Origin: a phage
Length of the DNA: 64,000 nt
Sequence record: PV730302.1
Direction: 5' to 3' (one strand)
Below the pieces are notes generated by a model. The model made no database searches, had not been told where the DNA came from, and saw nothing but the letters and a program-made list of their open reading frames with translations. Position 1 is the first letter of the stretch. Every line of letters begins with the position of its first letter. Both the position numbers and the translations under genes were made by a program. Below are positions 43,054 through 52,497 of the stretch, piece after piece.

Positions 43054-43277
43054 TCATAAAAACGATTGGGAAAATGCTCAATACCAAAAATAACACAAAC
43101 ATGTTCCAAATTGCTTTAAGTAAGTTTTTCATAATCATCTCCATTAGTTGATATGTCTATAATATCATGATTAATGGAGATGTACACTGTTTTATGCCAA
43201 TTTCCACAACAATAAACTAAAACATACACAAATCACTGGGATACAGGTCAACCAAATAAGGCACCACATTTTGCTAC

Positions 43278-43604
43278 TCAAAATACTACCTCTTTAATTT
43301 CAATCAATCCCCTGTACAATGCAGTGCGGAGGTCATAAAGAATATCTATACCGTCGACATTATCCAGTTTACCGTCGATAAGTTTTTGTAAATCTTCCTT
43401 TGATGCGATTAAGGGACGGAGAAATTTACATTCAGAAAGAGATAACTCTGTAGTAATATCATCACCTTCACCTGATGCATCGTACATAGCGGCAACAACC
43501 GTACCTGTAACTTTGTGTTTAGCGTAATATAATTTGATATCCATTTTGTTTTCCTCATTAGTTGATAGGAAGATAGTAACACCATCCTTGGTGTATGTAA
43601 ACAA
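43278..43604 (-). CDS. Hypothetical protein (108 aa)
   Basis: ORF track; promoter cassette at about 43555..43610. Confidence 0.35.
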   Translation of the reverse strand: MFTYTKDGVTIFLSTNEENKMDIKLYYAKHKVTGTVVAAMYDASGEGDDITTELSLSECKFLRPLIASKEDLQKLIDGKLDNVDGIDILYDLRTALYRGLIEIKEVVF

Positions 43605-43616
43605 CTTTATTAAAAA

Positions 43617-44186
43617 TTATAAGGCGAGATACCAGCCGTTGTAATTGCTCTTGCGGACTAGTTTTTTGATGGCTTCTCTGTCACCAGAGAACTTAGGAGT
43701 GAACAGGACGTCGCCTGCCTCATTTACTGAAGTGTCGAATATGATTATACAGTCTGCAACTTTATGATTCAAGAGCGGTCCCAGGTTAATCCCTGTTCCA
43801 TAAGGGAAGTCACCCGAGTATCCTGTAGTGCAGGAAATCCACTTAGAATCTGATTGATGGGTCTTGACCTCTACACGTAGTCCACAATACATAGGATGAG
43901 CTAAAACATCCCATGCATAGGTATAAGGGTCGTCATGGTCTTCCAGACCACTGTTAACGTATCCTTTCAACCAATCAGCAACCATGTACTCGGCATACGT
44001 TGCAATGACACACCGAGTCAATACTTCTTTCTTATCTTGGGACGGGTCTTGGCTTAAGGAATACAGTACAGTATCCTTAATCTTAACCTTCATTTCGCCT
44101 GTTAAATCAGATGTCTTCAGGGTAAATGTCGGCATCTTCGACAGCCGAACCAGTCCCGGATTTGACAGATTCATAATCGCCACCAA
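43617..44186 (-). CDS. Hypothetical protein; denB (endonuclease IV) position
   Basis: 189 aa at the position and size expected for T4 denB; sequence not independently recognised. Confidence 0.35.
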   Translation of the reverse strand: MVAIMNLSNPGLVRLSKMPTFTLKTSDLTGEMKVKIKDTVLYSLSQDPSQDKKEVLTRCVIATYAEYMVADWLKGYVNSGLEDHDDPYTYAWDVLAHPMYCGLRVEVKTHQSDSKWISCTTGYSGDFPYGTGINLGPLLNHKVADCIIIFDTSVNEAGDVLFTPKFSGDREAIKKLVRKSNYNGWYLAL

Positions 44187-44433
44187 TATACAATTCTTCT
44201 ACATGGACATTACCAAAATAGATACGAGAGTTTTCACTCAATTTGCTATGGTCCAATTTTTTAAGGTTTTCAACTGAATCGAAAATCACATCTGTTGCAA
44301 AAAGATGGCCTGTAGCTTTATCAGATGTGATTACATCCACACAATAAACCTTATCGGCCACATGGTTACCTTGGAGATAAGAATCTTTGATATCTTCGTC
44401 GCCGACGTTCATGAAATTAATCATTTTACTCAC
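44107..44433 (-). CDS. Hypothetical acidic protein (108 aa)
   Basis: ORF track. Confidence 0.35.
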   Translation of the reverse strand: MSKMINFMNVGDEDIKDSYLQGNHVADKVYCVDVITSDKATGHLFATDVIFDSVENLKKLDHSKLSENSRIYFGNVHVEELYIGGDYESVKSGTGSAVEDADIYPEDI

Positions 44434-44623
44434 CGAAATAAGAAATACGAACCTCTAAACAATGAGCATATGCACCCATCGCATCCAGTTGGGCAATCAG
44501 TAACCCTTGTTGACGGATATCAAGAGTTTCAAAAACACCGCCTTTAATAAACTCTTCAAGAGCATTAATTTTCAGGACCAGTTGGTCATATTCTTCAATT
44601 ACACGTGCTTGGAAACCTAACAT
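44426..44623 (-). CDS. Hypothetical protein (65 aa)
   Basis: ORF track. Confidence 0.35.
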   Translation of the reverse strand: MLGFQARVIEEYDQLVLKINALEEFIKGGVFETLDIRQQGLLIAQLDAMGAYAHCLEVRISYFGE

Positions 44624-44635
44624 AATTCCTCATTA

Positions 44636-44651
44636 GGAGGCCGAAGCCTCC
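44636..44651 (-). other. CUUCGG-tetraloop hairpin downstream of rIIB
   Basis: ggaggccgaagcctcc; identical 16-mer to the hairpin at 5387..5402. Confidence 0.5.
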
Positions 44652-44660
44652 GTTATTGAT

Positions 44661-45695
44661 TTAGTATTTGTATTCGTTTGCGAACTGTTCAGTGACGTCT
44701 TCCAGAACTTCATAATAACATACACGCATTTTAGCATCACCGTAATCGACCGGAATACTAACAACATCACGTGGGTTAACTTTACACGAAACTACTTTAC
44801 AGCTTGAGTTACCAAAATGACCAATATAGCTACGAGAGCAAACGTGCAGACCACTTGAACAAGTTACTTCATCATCGTCATTTACACGAGAACGTGGCAT
44901 TTTAACAGGTTTGCCTGGTGAGTTATCAAACGTACCGGTACGACAGTCGGTGTAATCGGAGTTAACTACCTTCCACGTAATAAAGTGACCATCTTCAGTG
45001 ATTTTGATATCGTTTGCAACCAGGAAGTCGAACAAACGTTGTACAGCTTTTTCGCTTGGGTTTTCTAACAGGTTCTCAAGGAACGGCAGGTAGAATTCGA
45101 AGTCTTCGCCATTTTCCATTGAGGTAATAATACGGTCAATCAACCCTGATCGCAATTCAATGCCTTGATAAACCAGACGTCCACCTTCAATACGAACGTT
45201 GCCTTTAACAAATGCCTTAACAGCCTCTTTAATGGAAATCAGTTTAATCGCGTCGTCAAAACGAGACTCTTTAAGAGCCTGTACGATGGCATCAAAATGT
45301 TTGTTCTTATTAGTGGTGTTCCATACTGTTCGGCCTTCGGTGATGGACACGAATTTAGAACTAGCATTCCAAATAATTTCCGGACGAGAACCACCAATAG
45401 TAGCTTCAACAGGAACTACACAAGGCTCGTTAGGAACTGTTACTTTGATATTTCCGGTAATAACCACTTCTGTTGGGGCATTAAGAGGCACAGTAGGCGC
45501 TTTTTTAAGCGATTTGGCCAATTCTTTAGCTACTTGAGAACGTTTAGCTTCTTCAGCATTTTTCAGGACTTTACGAATGGTATCAACCGAAACACCATAC
45601 CAGTCAGCTAGTTCTTGCTGAGTATAATTACCAGATTTATAGAGGGAAACTACTTTCTCTTGTTCAGATTTAGCCAGACACTTAATATTGTACAT
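44661..45695 (-). CDS. rIIB: rIIB protein
   Basis: MYNIKCL.K.EQ..V.LY.SGNYTQQELADW.GVSVDTIR.VLKNAEEAKR... and ...DAKMR.C.YEV.EDVTEQF match remembered T4 rIIB. Confidence 0.9.
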   Translation of the reverse strand: MYNIKCLAKSEQEKVVSLYKSGNYTQQELADWYGVSVDTIRKVLKNAEEAKRSQVAKELAKSLKKAPTVPLNAPTEVVITGNIKVTVPNEPCVVPVEATIGGSRPEIIWNASSKFVSITEGRTVWNTTNKNKHFDAIVQALKESRFDDAIKLISIKEAVKAFVKGNVRIEGGRLVYQGIELRSGLIDRIITSMENGEDFEFYLPFLENLLENPSEKAVQRLFDFLVANDIKITEDGHFITWKVVNSDYTDCRTGTFDNSPGKPVKMPRSRVNDDDEVTCSSGLHVCSRSYIGHFGNSSCKVVSCKVNPRDVVSIPVDYGDAKMRVCYYEVLEDVTEQFANEYKY

Positions 45696-45709
45696 AATAT
45701 TTCCTTAGA

Positions 45710-47920
45710 TTAAGCCGCTTCCACGGCTTTCATGAATTTAACGATTTGAGCTACAGAAGCCTCGGTAATGGATGTTCCACGACGATACATGTAGTCCGAA
45801 ACTAAATGGTAATCGGATTCAAACTGTACAGTCATTTTATCATTGTTGCTTGAAGCATTATTGGTTAACGTATTAAACGTTGTGTTACAGATTTTCTTGA
45901 TAACGGAAAGCTTGTCATCAGTGATATAGCCATGGAAATTCATATAACGGAATATATCATAGAAATTACTCAGACGAGTATATGCTTCAGTTACCGGCTT
46001 GTCACTGAAATACTTGGTCATGAAATTAAGCTGAGGGAACTTAGCAATGATTTCAAGGTAATACCGAGCTCTAGTATTGCTACCAAGGTAGTCGTCAATA
46101 TCTACCGCATCCAATGCTTCAGCATAAGCTTCTAATGTAGCTTCCATCAGGCATTCACACTGGCCTAACTTTTTAATCTTTTTAGCAATCTGAGGGCGAA
46201 TGATATGGAATTCGGTAGCACCAATCAAATTAGCCATACGGCACATGGTAGTGGTATTGATGTCAAAGATACCATAAGCTTCATCCATTCCCATGATATC
46301 AGAACGGCTGCCAAACAGAACATAACCGGTAATTTCTTCTGCTTCAGCTGCGGTCAAATACATGGTCTCTGTTTGCCAACGCCCATCTTTAATGAACCAA
46401 CGATAAGCACTTGGTGTTTTAGGACGAGGTTCTGACGAACGAACCGTAACCGGAATCCATGGCTTAACAATTTTATTCAGTTCAGAGACTTTATAAAAAT
46501 GAATTGTGTCACCTTTAAAAAGTTCTTTAACTTTTTCGAGTTGTTGCATTTGCAGCATTGAATTCGGGTCGACTAAAATAAGGTCGGTCCCGTATTTAGG
46601 AATATTGTGCTCTTTAACAATTTTCTTAGCCGAAGCACTGTTGTCCATTGCCAAGGCCCAAAGTCCTCGAACTAGCGGCACACGACCCTTTTCATCATCA
46701 TAAACAACATGGATTTCTTTCTTATTAATGCCTAATAAACTACTAAGTCCTGCCACCGAAGAAGTATTACCACTCGGCTTAATTCGTTTCAAACGTGGGT
46801 CTGAAACGATTTCGTAAACAACGCCTAAATTAAGAAGGTCGTTTTGAAGGGTATAACGCTGGTATAATTTCTCATATGTCAATTTTTCTGTAGTAAACAG
46901 GCTAGTTCCACCTTTTTTGGTAAGATAGTCACGAGCACTGTAACCAAGGTTAGAAAGGTCACGATAAACATGGCGCGGATTATCAGATTCAACCCATTCC
47001 TTTGTATCATTTTTAAAGACCACTGCATCCAGTGCTTCAATACGGGTTGCGATATTTTCCATCGTACGTTTATCAAGAGACAACACTTCACGAGACGGAG
47101 CAATATCCAGTGAACCCATAGGGAACTTAATATAAACTACATCATGGCGAGTACGCATCCATGTGCCTTTATTATAAGCAGAATCCAATGGATAGACAAT
47201 ACCACCGTAAACAGCATAAAGTCCTGAACGTTCGAAGTTGCCATAATTTGTAGTGGTTACAGGATAGTAATCATCAAATTCAGGGAAATAATCAACTTCA
47301 ACACCGTCAACATCGCCAAGACCAATGAAAGGCCTCATGATATAACGAACTTCAGTTTCGAACTTACGGAAGTCTTCTTCGTCCACAGGAACCGTGATTT
47401 CGATACCTGTTTTATCACCCGGCTGCATAGGTTCTACGAAAGTAGGTTTAATCTGTGGTCCATCACCGTCCATATATGCTACATAACCACGAACTTCACC
47501 ATTATGCCATGACGTGATATTAAACGTTTCGGTATAACTGAACGGAGATTTTGAACCAAGGCCAAAACCACCGATGAAATCGTTAGAAGCGGTTTTGGAC
47601 GACGCGAAATAAGAGTTATACAAACCTGTTTCGTTTTCATCACCACGAATTTGGAAATCACTCATGCCCGGCCCGAAATCACGGCATACAAAACGAGGGT
47701 CCAGTTTACCAGGAACCTGTACTTTCCAACGTTCTTTATTACCATTCAGAATATGGGCATCAATCATGTTGGTAATTAGTTCACGTACTACAGCACGTAC
47801 CTTATTACTATAAAGGTCTGATGACAGAATTTTAAAGACCTTAGGCGATGCCTGGATAGTAAAGCCTGTGGACTTAGCACCATTACCAATGATTTGTTCT
47901 TTTTCGGTTTCAATAATCAT
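45710..47920 (-). CDS. rIIA: rIIA protein
   Basis: 736 aa; MII..EKE...GNG.KSTGF.IQASPKVFKILSSDLY.NK.RAVVRELITNMIDAH matches remembered T4 rIIA. Confidence 0.9.
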   Translation of the reverse strand: MIIETEKEQIIGNGAKSTGFTIQASPKVFKILSSDLYSNKVRAVVRELITNMIDAHILNGNKERWKVQVPGKLDPRFVCRDFGPGMSDFQIRGDENETGLYNSYFASSKTASNDFIGGFGLGSKSPFSYTETFNITSWHNGEVRGYVAYMDGDGPQIKPTFVEPMQPGDKTGIEITVPVDEEDFRKFETEVRYIMRPFIGLGDVDGVEVDYFPEFDDYYPVTTTNYGNFERSGLYAVYGGIVYPLDSAYNKGTWMRTRHDVVYIKFPMGSLDIAPSREVLSLDKRTMENIATRIEALDAVVFKNDTKEWVESDNPRHVYRDLSNLGYSARDYLTKKGGTSLFTTEKLTYEKLYQRYTLQNDLLNLGVVYEIVSDPRLKRIKPSGNTSSVAGLSSLLGINKKEIHVVYDDEKGRVPLVRGLWALAMDNSASAKKIVKEHNIPKYGTDLILVDPNSMLQMQQLEKVKELFKGDTIHFYKVSELNKIVKPWIPVTVRSSEPRPKTPSAYRWFIKDGRWQTETMYLTAAEAEEITGYVLFGSRSDIMGMDEAYGIFDINTTTMCRMANLIGATEFHIIRPQIAKKIKKLGQCECLMEATLEAYAEALDAVDIDDYLGSNTRARYYLEIIAKFPQLNFMTKYFSDKPVTEAYTRLSNFYDIFRYMNFHGYITDDKLSVIKKICNTTFNTLTNNASSNNDKMTVQFESDYHLVSDYMYRRGTSITEASVAQIVKFMKAVEAA

Positions 47921-47927
47921 ATTTTTC

Positions 47928-48131
47928 TCAATTCAGGTTACGTTTAAAAAGGTCTGCCACTTCAAGGAGCTCGTCCTTAGTAGCGATGTCGTTGAGTATT
48001 TTATATCTGATTTCTTTAAAGCGTTCTTTAAAATCCTCAGCTGCATTGATATCAAAAAATCGTTGGATTAACCGGAATTCTTTATGGACGGCTTTATCGA
48101 ACAAATCGATATTCACTTTAAAGTTTGTCAT
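47928..48131 (-). CDS. Hypothetical protein (67 aa)
   Basis: ORF track. Confidence 0.35.
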   Translation of the reverse strand: MTNFKVNIDLFDKAVHKEFRLIQRFFDINAAEDFKERFKEIRYKILNDIATKDELLEVADLFKRNLN

Positions 48132-48468
48132 TTTTAACTACCTCATGTTGAACATATTCTCTGGTAGAACCGAGTTCAGCCAGAATTCTTCTCATAGAAC
48201 CCATTGTACTTTTGTGCTCTCTGTGGCGATACATTATCTCTAAAACCTTTTCCTGGACAACAGGAGAGAGCGCCTGGTTATCTTTAATCTTTAAGGCAAT
48301 AGATTTTACAGCCTTTAAGTATTCGAGCCCCTTGCCGCTTGTAGTCACTACTCCTTCATCTTTACAGTTACGAATAGCCGTTTCCATAAAGGATAAAGCT
48401 AGGTTGTCAGTGTTCACTATACTGTTATCTTGCATAATCATATTCTCACCTCTAAATAATCCTATCAC
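48118..48468 (-). CDS. Hypothetical protein (116 aa)
   Basis: ORF track. Confidence 0.35.
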   Translation of the reverse strand: MIGLFRGENMIMQDNSIVNTDNLALSFMETAIRNCKDEGVVTTSGKGLEYLKAVKSIALKIKDNQALSPVVQEKVLEIMYRHREHKSTMGSMRRILAELGSTREYVQHEVVKNDKL

Positions 48469-48514
48469 AGTTTTCTTATGTTGTAAACCCCGAAAAGGGC
48501 CCTAAGGCCCTTAA

Positions 48515-48694
48515 TTATTCAATTTTGTAGACTTGTCCTCGAACTTGATAAAATTCGCCTTCCCAGGTTTCTACCATAATGGTCACGTACTCTGCGAACA
48601 AAGGTCTCTTCTCAGCCCAGAGATATCCAAATTCACCGGTGGCTAGCGTTATCCAGTACTTTCTCATAAAGTCTCCTAATTGTATGGCACTCAT
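48515..48694 (-). CDS. Hypothetical small protein
   Basis: ORF track 48515..48802 overlaps the gene 39 3' end; start moved to internal ATG at 48694. Confidence 0.3.
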   Translation of the reverse strand: MSAIQLGDFMRKYWITLATGEFGYLWAEKRPLFAEYVTIMVETWEGEFYQVRGQVYKIE

Positions 48695-48710
48695 GTACCA
48701 TACATATTTA

Positions 48711-50528
48711 TTACGACATCCAGGCCTTACGGAGTTGAGGGTCGTTTCCGAGGAGCATTTCGAACTGTTCTTTCCAATCTTCAGGCAATTGAACCACATC
48801 AAATTTAGGGTCTTGAATCATTCGACGATATTCAGCTTTCTCAAGAGAACCTAGTCCTTTGATATAACGAATAGAATGTTTTGGTAGAGAGTCCTTAGCT
48901 TTGGTATAACTAGGAACATCATAGAACCATTCTTGTTCTTTACCAACCTGGGCAATAATCACCGGAGTTTTACAGAATCGTACTCGACCCTGTTCGAACA
49001 ATTCAGGCCATTGACTAAAGAAGGCCAGCAATGATGGGTAAATCGAACCAGTACCATCCACATCAGCATCAGTCATGATAGCGATATTACGATAGTTAGT
49101 TTTCTCTGCAGGTTCGCCAATAACCAGTCCAGTGATTGCACAGATATCAAATAGTTCCTTGTTCTTCATGATATCTGTTGCCGACATTCCCCAGGTATTC
49201 ATAACCTTACCACGTAATGGATAACCACCTTGAAGGTCTTTATTACGGACTTCAATGAAAGGACCCATAGCGGAATCACCTTCGGTTAGGAACAAGGTTG
49301 TATCGGCGTCTTTGCCGTATAGGTTAGCTTTAATATGCTTATGGACCTTGGCTTTAGAAGCTTTCTTAGCGGCTTTAGTTTCGGCGGCTTTTTCAGCTGC
49401 TAATTTACGTGCTAAAGCCGCTTCAACGATAGGCATAATCAACCCTTCGTCTTTAAGAATATACTGTGAGATTTTCTTTGCATCAATTTGAATATGGTTA
49501 CGAATTTCACCGAATGGTGACGTCAAACGTTCTTTAGTCTGGGAATCAAAACGCATATTACTCATATCGCGAATGAACATCACCATCGTAAGGCATTCTT
49601 TAACTCGTGCCTTACTTACTTCAATGCCTTTATATTTCTTCTTGATGCCTGGCAAGAGATGTTCGCAGATATCATCAAACACACATTCAACATGATGACC
49701 ACCATTCTTAGTATGAATATTGTTCACATAAGTTAGGTGGCGGAATCCATCCGGAGATGTAGTAAATGCCATTGAGACATTATCGGTTTCTTGAATTACT
49801 ACATCTTTACCAAATTGATTAGCATACTTTTTAAAGTTACCATCTACTTTTTTACCATTAAAAGTAAATTGGATACTAGGATAAATTACAGCTAGAGTTT
49901 TAAGACGATCTAGAGTAATATCCAGATAAATTTGTGATAGAGAGTTCTCTTCAAAATGATTAAAGTCTGGAGTGAATATAACCGAAGTACCCTTACCTTT
50001 AGATTTCTTAGTAGACCAACCTTTGTTTTCCATTCCATTGGAACAGTTAACTGTAATTTCATTCTCGCCATCAGAGGTGATGCCTGTGAACAAAACGGAG
50101 AAGATATTAGTTAAACTACTACCGACACCATTCATGCCGCCTGTCTTACGCTCAGCGTCATCTCCAAAGTTACCACCCGCCTTTGGAATAGTCCATGCTG
50201 CTACAGGACCTGGAATCTGTTCACCATTTTGGTCGGTGACCATTGCTTGTGGAATACCACGACCATTATCAGAAACTGAAACCTGGTTATTCTTAATTTG
50301 AACATCAATTTTATTTGCGAATTTAAAATTGGTACGAATAGCTTCATCGACAGAGTTATCAATGATTTCGTCAATTAATTTAACCAGTCCAGGAACATAG
50401 TTTACCTGTGTAAAATTACCAAACAGGAATCGACCGTGAGCTTCATTAGCACTGGAGCCAATATACATCCCACTACGTTTTTTGATATGTTCAATGTCGG
50501 ACAGTACTTTAATTTCATTCTTAATCAT
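48711..50528 (-). CDS. 39: DNA topoisomerase II large subunit (GyrB-like ATPase), unsplit 39+60 equivalent
   Basis: 605-aa continuous ORF with GHKL ATPase N-terminus (IDNSVDEA, DNGRGIP) and TOPRIM C-terminus. Confidence 0.9.
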   Translation of the reverse strand: MIKNEIKVLSDIEHIKKRSGMYIGSSANEAHGRFLFGNFTQVNYVPGLVKLIDEIIDNSVDEAIRTNFKFANKIDVQIKNNQVSVSDNGRGIPQAMVTDQNGEQIPGPVAAWTIPKAGGNFGDDAERKTGGMNGVGSSLTNIFSVLFTGITSDGENEITVNCSNGMENKGWSTKKSKGKGTSVIFTPDFNHFEENSLSQIYLDITLDRLKTLAVIYPSIQFTFNGKKVDGNFKKYANQFGKDVVIQETDNVSMAFTTSPDGFRHLTYVNNIHTKNGGHHVECVFDDICEHLLPGIKKKYKGIEVSKARVKECLTMVMFIRDMSNMRFDSQTKERLTSPFGEIRNHIQIDAKKISQYILKDEGLIMPIVEAALARKLAAEKAAETKAAKKASKAKVHKHIKANLYGKDADTTLFLTEGDSAMGPFIEVRNKDLQGGYPLRGKVMNTWGMSATDIMKNKELFDICAITGLVIGEPAEKTNYRNIAIMTDADVDGTGSIYPSLLAFFSQWPELFEQGRVRFCKTPVIIAQVGKEQEWFYDVPSYTKAKDSLPKHSIRYIKGLGSLEKAEYRRMIQDPKFDVVQLPEDWKEQFEMLLGNDPQLRKAWMS

Positions 50529-50544
50529 GTTATTTCCTCATGTA

Positions 50545-50578
50545 GTAGGAGAATATTATCCCATTTCACTTAAAGCAT
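50545..50578 (-). promoter_or_regulatory. Middle-type promoter for gene 39 (ATGCTTTA, 12 nt, TAATAT)
   Basis: Minus sense TTTTATGCTTTAagtgaaatgggaTAATAT upstream of the gene 39 ATG. Confidence 0.45.
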
Positions 50579-50594
50579 AAAAGGGCCGAAGCCC
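50565..50594 (-). terminator. Terminator hairpin (gggc-cgaa-gccc) after the lipoprotein gene
   Basis: Stem 50582..50593 followed in minus sense by TTTTAT; overlaps the MotA-box promoter. Confidence 0.45.
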
Positions 50595-50855
50595 TTAATC
50601 AAATCTAATGGTCGACTTTTTAAAGAATAATCCAGAACAAACAGTTCCTTCAACCCTTTTACCTGTCGGACCCACAGCAATAAAGCCTGTACGTTGGAAA
50701 TCATCTTCAGAACAGCCAAATAGGTTATATCCTGTGATTTGGATTTGTTCGTAGCCATTTGCATCCAATACACGGGTGGCATTATCGGCATCAGTACAAC
50801 CAACCAACGAAACGGCTAGTACAAGAGCTGCAATAGAACGATTAATATATTTCAT
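50595..50855 (-). CDS. Predicted lipoprotein (86 aa)
   Basis: Signal peptide with lipobox LVGC (MKYINRSIAALVLAVSLVGC...). Confidence 0.5.
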   Translation of the reverse strand: MKYINRSIAALVLAVSLVGCTDADNATRVLDANGYEQIQITGYNLFGCSEDDFQRTGFIAVGPTGKRVEGTVCSGLFFKKSTIRFD

Positions 50856-50861
50856 AATTTC

Positions 50862-51038
50862 TCACTTAGTCAGAAGGTCGTAAAAACCGCCATTAACATG
50901 TTTAGGAGCCGAGACTAACCGAACAGCCAGCCGATGGCAATCAGGACAAACATCATTATCTCTTTCAGAGATTTTCTTGATTTTTTCATATTCTTTCGCA
51001 CAGTCTTCAGATTGGCATTTGTAATCATAAAGTGGCAT
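50862..51038 (-). CDS. Zinc-ribbon protein (FmdB-like; about 58 aa)
   Basis: MPLYDYKCQSEDC...CPDCH pattern; start set at ATG 51038 with GGAAGGAGA SD; ORF track gives a longer 89-aa form. Confidence 0.5.
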   Translation of the reverse strand: MPLYDYKCQSEDCAKEYEKIKKISERDNDVCPDCHRLAVRLVSAPKHVNGGFYDLLTK

Positions 51039-51249
51039 TATAAGTCTCCTTCCAGAATTCAGTGCCTTCAGCAGTGATTTCACGGAACACTGCATAGATA
51101 GGGGTTTTATCGCCTTGATTTTCGTATACATAAACCGACGATAAACGAGAAAACGTATCAGAATGTTCCTTTTGAACCACGATTAAATCCGGGTTGAACA
51201 GAACATCTTCAAATTCTTCACGAGTCGAGTTCATCGTAACTTTAGCCAT
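51025..51249 (-). CDS. Hypothetical protein (74 aa)
   Basis: ORF track; promoter cassette upstream (51250..51300). Confidence 0.4.
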   Translation of the reverse strand: MAKVTMNSTREEFEDVLFNPDLIVVQKEHSDTFSRLSSVYVYENQGDKTPIYAVFREITAEGTEFWKETYNATL

Positions 51250-51323
51250 TTTATTTTCCTCTCATTTGTTGATAGGGTAATCTTATCACTACCCTACCAT
51301 ATTGTATACTGTTTTTTTAAACT

Positions 51324-51875
51324 TTATGCAAAATGAATATCAGCATACTCAACTATAAAGCTCTCAGGAACAACCTTAAAGGTTCCAAGGAACACGATGT
51401 TATAGAGCTTAACGCCTTCTTCAACCCACTGGTCAGTGATGTAACCGGACATACTAGTGGTTTCATAAGTCGGACCGTACTTGCACTTGTATTCAAACGG
51501 TTTAGGTGAAACGAAAAAGACACCTTTACCTAATTTCCATTTGAAATCAACACCAACATGAGATTGGTCGATAGTTTCGACGTCTTGAGCTACTACGCCA
51601 CGGATATCATTGCTTTCACATACATACCCATCGTGGGATTCGACTTCTTCAACTACAGGAGCGATGTATCCAGTAAATTCAGTTGATTCCAGGAATTTAG
51701 GATGTACATAAGCCAATTGAGTTTCAGCATGACCATGTTTAGGAATAATACGCACTTTAACTTCTTTAATTCCACCCACTAAATTAGTACGAAGACCCAC
51801 AACCTCAACAAAACGACCCGCGGCTTTTGAGCGAGATTCTTTGGATACACGAACAATTTCACCGATAGTAATCAT
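51324..51875 (-). CDS. Hypothetical protein sharing a C-terminal module with the 51949..52497 gene
   Basis: C-terminus GYITDQWVEEGVKLYNIVFLGTFKVVPESFIVEY versus CGWVTDQWVEDGVELLNVVHAGDFSVVPRSAVVNV. Confidence 0.45.
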   Translation of the reverse strand: MITIGEIVRVSKESRSKAAGRFVEVVGLRTNLVGGIKEVKVRIIPKHGHAETQLAYVHPKFLESTEFTGYIAPVVEEVESHDGYVCESNDIRGVVAQDVETIDQSHVGVDFKWKLGKGVFFVSPKPFEYKCKYGPTYETTSMSGYITDQWVEEGVKLYNIVFLGTFKVVPESFIVEYADIHFA

Positions 51876-51948
51876 AATTTTCTCTCTTGGTTAATAAGTT
51901 TATTCTCCATGAGAGCCATTATAACATGGCTCTCGATAAAGTAAACTA

Positions 51949-52497
51949 CTAATTCAATACATTAACCACTGCACTACGAGGTACTACGCTGAAATCACCC
52001 GCATGGACAACGTTCAGAAGCTCAACACCGTCTTCAACCCACTGGTCTGTTACCCATCCACAGATAGGATTATCAAAAGGACGACGGATAGACACAGCAG
52101 CACACAGAAGGTCAGTAGGGTCTTGTTCTTCAACTTCTTGGAACAGGATTAACTCTGCTTCATAAACCAGGTTTTTCTCTACTTTGTTATTATCTAACCG
52201 GCGACCGTGGATGACGTAAGATTTGGCAAACCAGTCGCTTTTGGTAAATTCTTCAATAATAAATTCGCCTTCGCCAAAAACATCAGTCAGAGTTTTATAA
52301 CCGGAAACCAAGGCCCTGGTTTTAATTTCAGGTTCAACCAGTTTGTAGGTTTTGCCGATTTCGATAGTCTTAGTAGTCATAGTGGTTTCCTTAATTTCCA
52401 TTGGTTTAATAAGAGTGCCGTACATACTTGCAATGTCAAAATCAATCAGTTTAGCTGCCGGATTCGGGGTGTATTTAGGGTTATAATTAAATTTCAT
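51949..52497 (-). CDS. Hypothetical protein sharing a C-terminal module with the 51324..51875 gene
   Basis: See paralogue; N-terminal regions differ. Confidence 0.45.
   Translation of the reverse strand: MKFNYNPKYTPNPAAKLIDFDIASMYGTLIKPMEIKETTMTTKTIEIGKTYKLVEPEIKTRALVSGYKTLTDVFGEGEFIIEEFTKSDWFAKSYVIHGRRLDNNKVEKNLVYEAELILFQEVEEQDPTDLLCAAVSIRRPFDNPICGWVTDQWVEDGVELLNVVHAGDFSVVPRSAVVNVLN

Noticed and set aside
45165-45611. Overlapping plus-strand ORFs (148 and 112 aa) within rIIB
   Set aside because: Antisense to rIIB, whose translation matches remembered T4 rIIB; artefacts.
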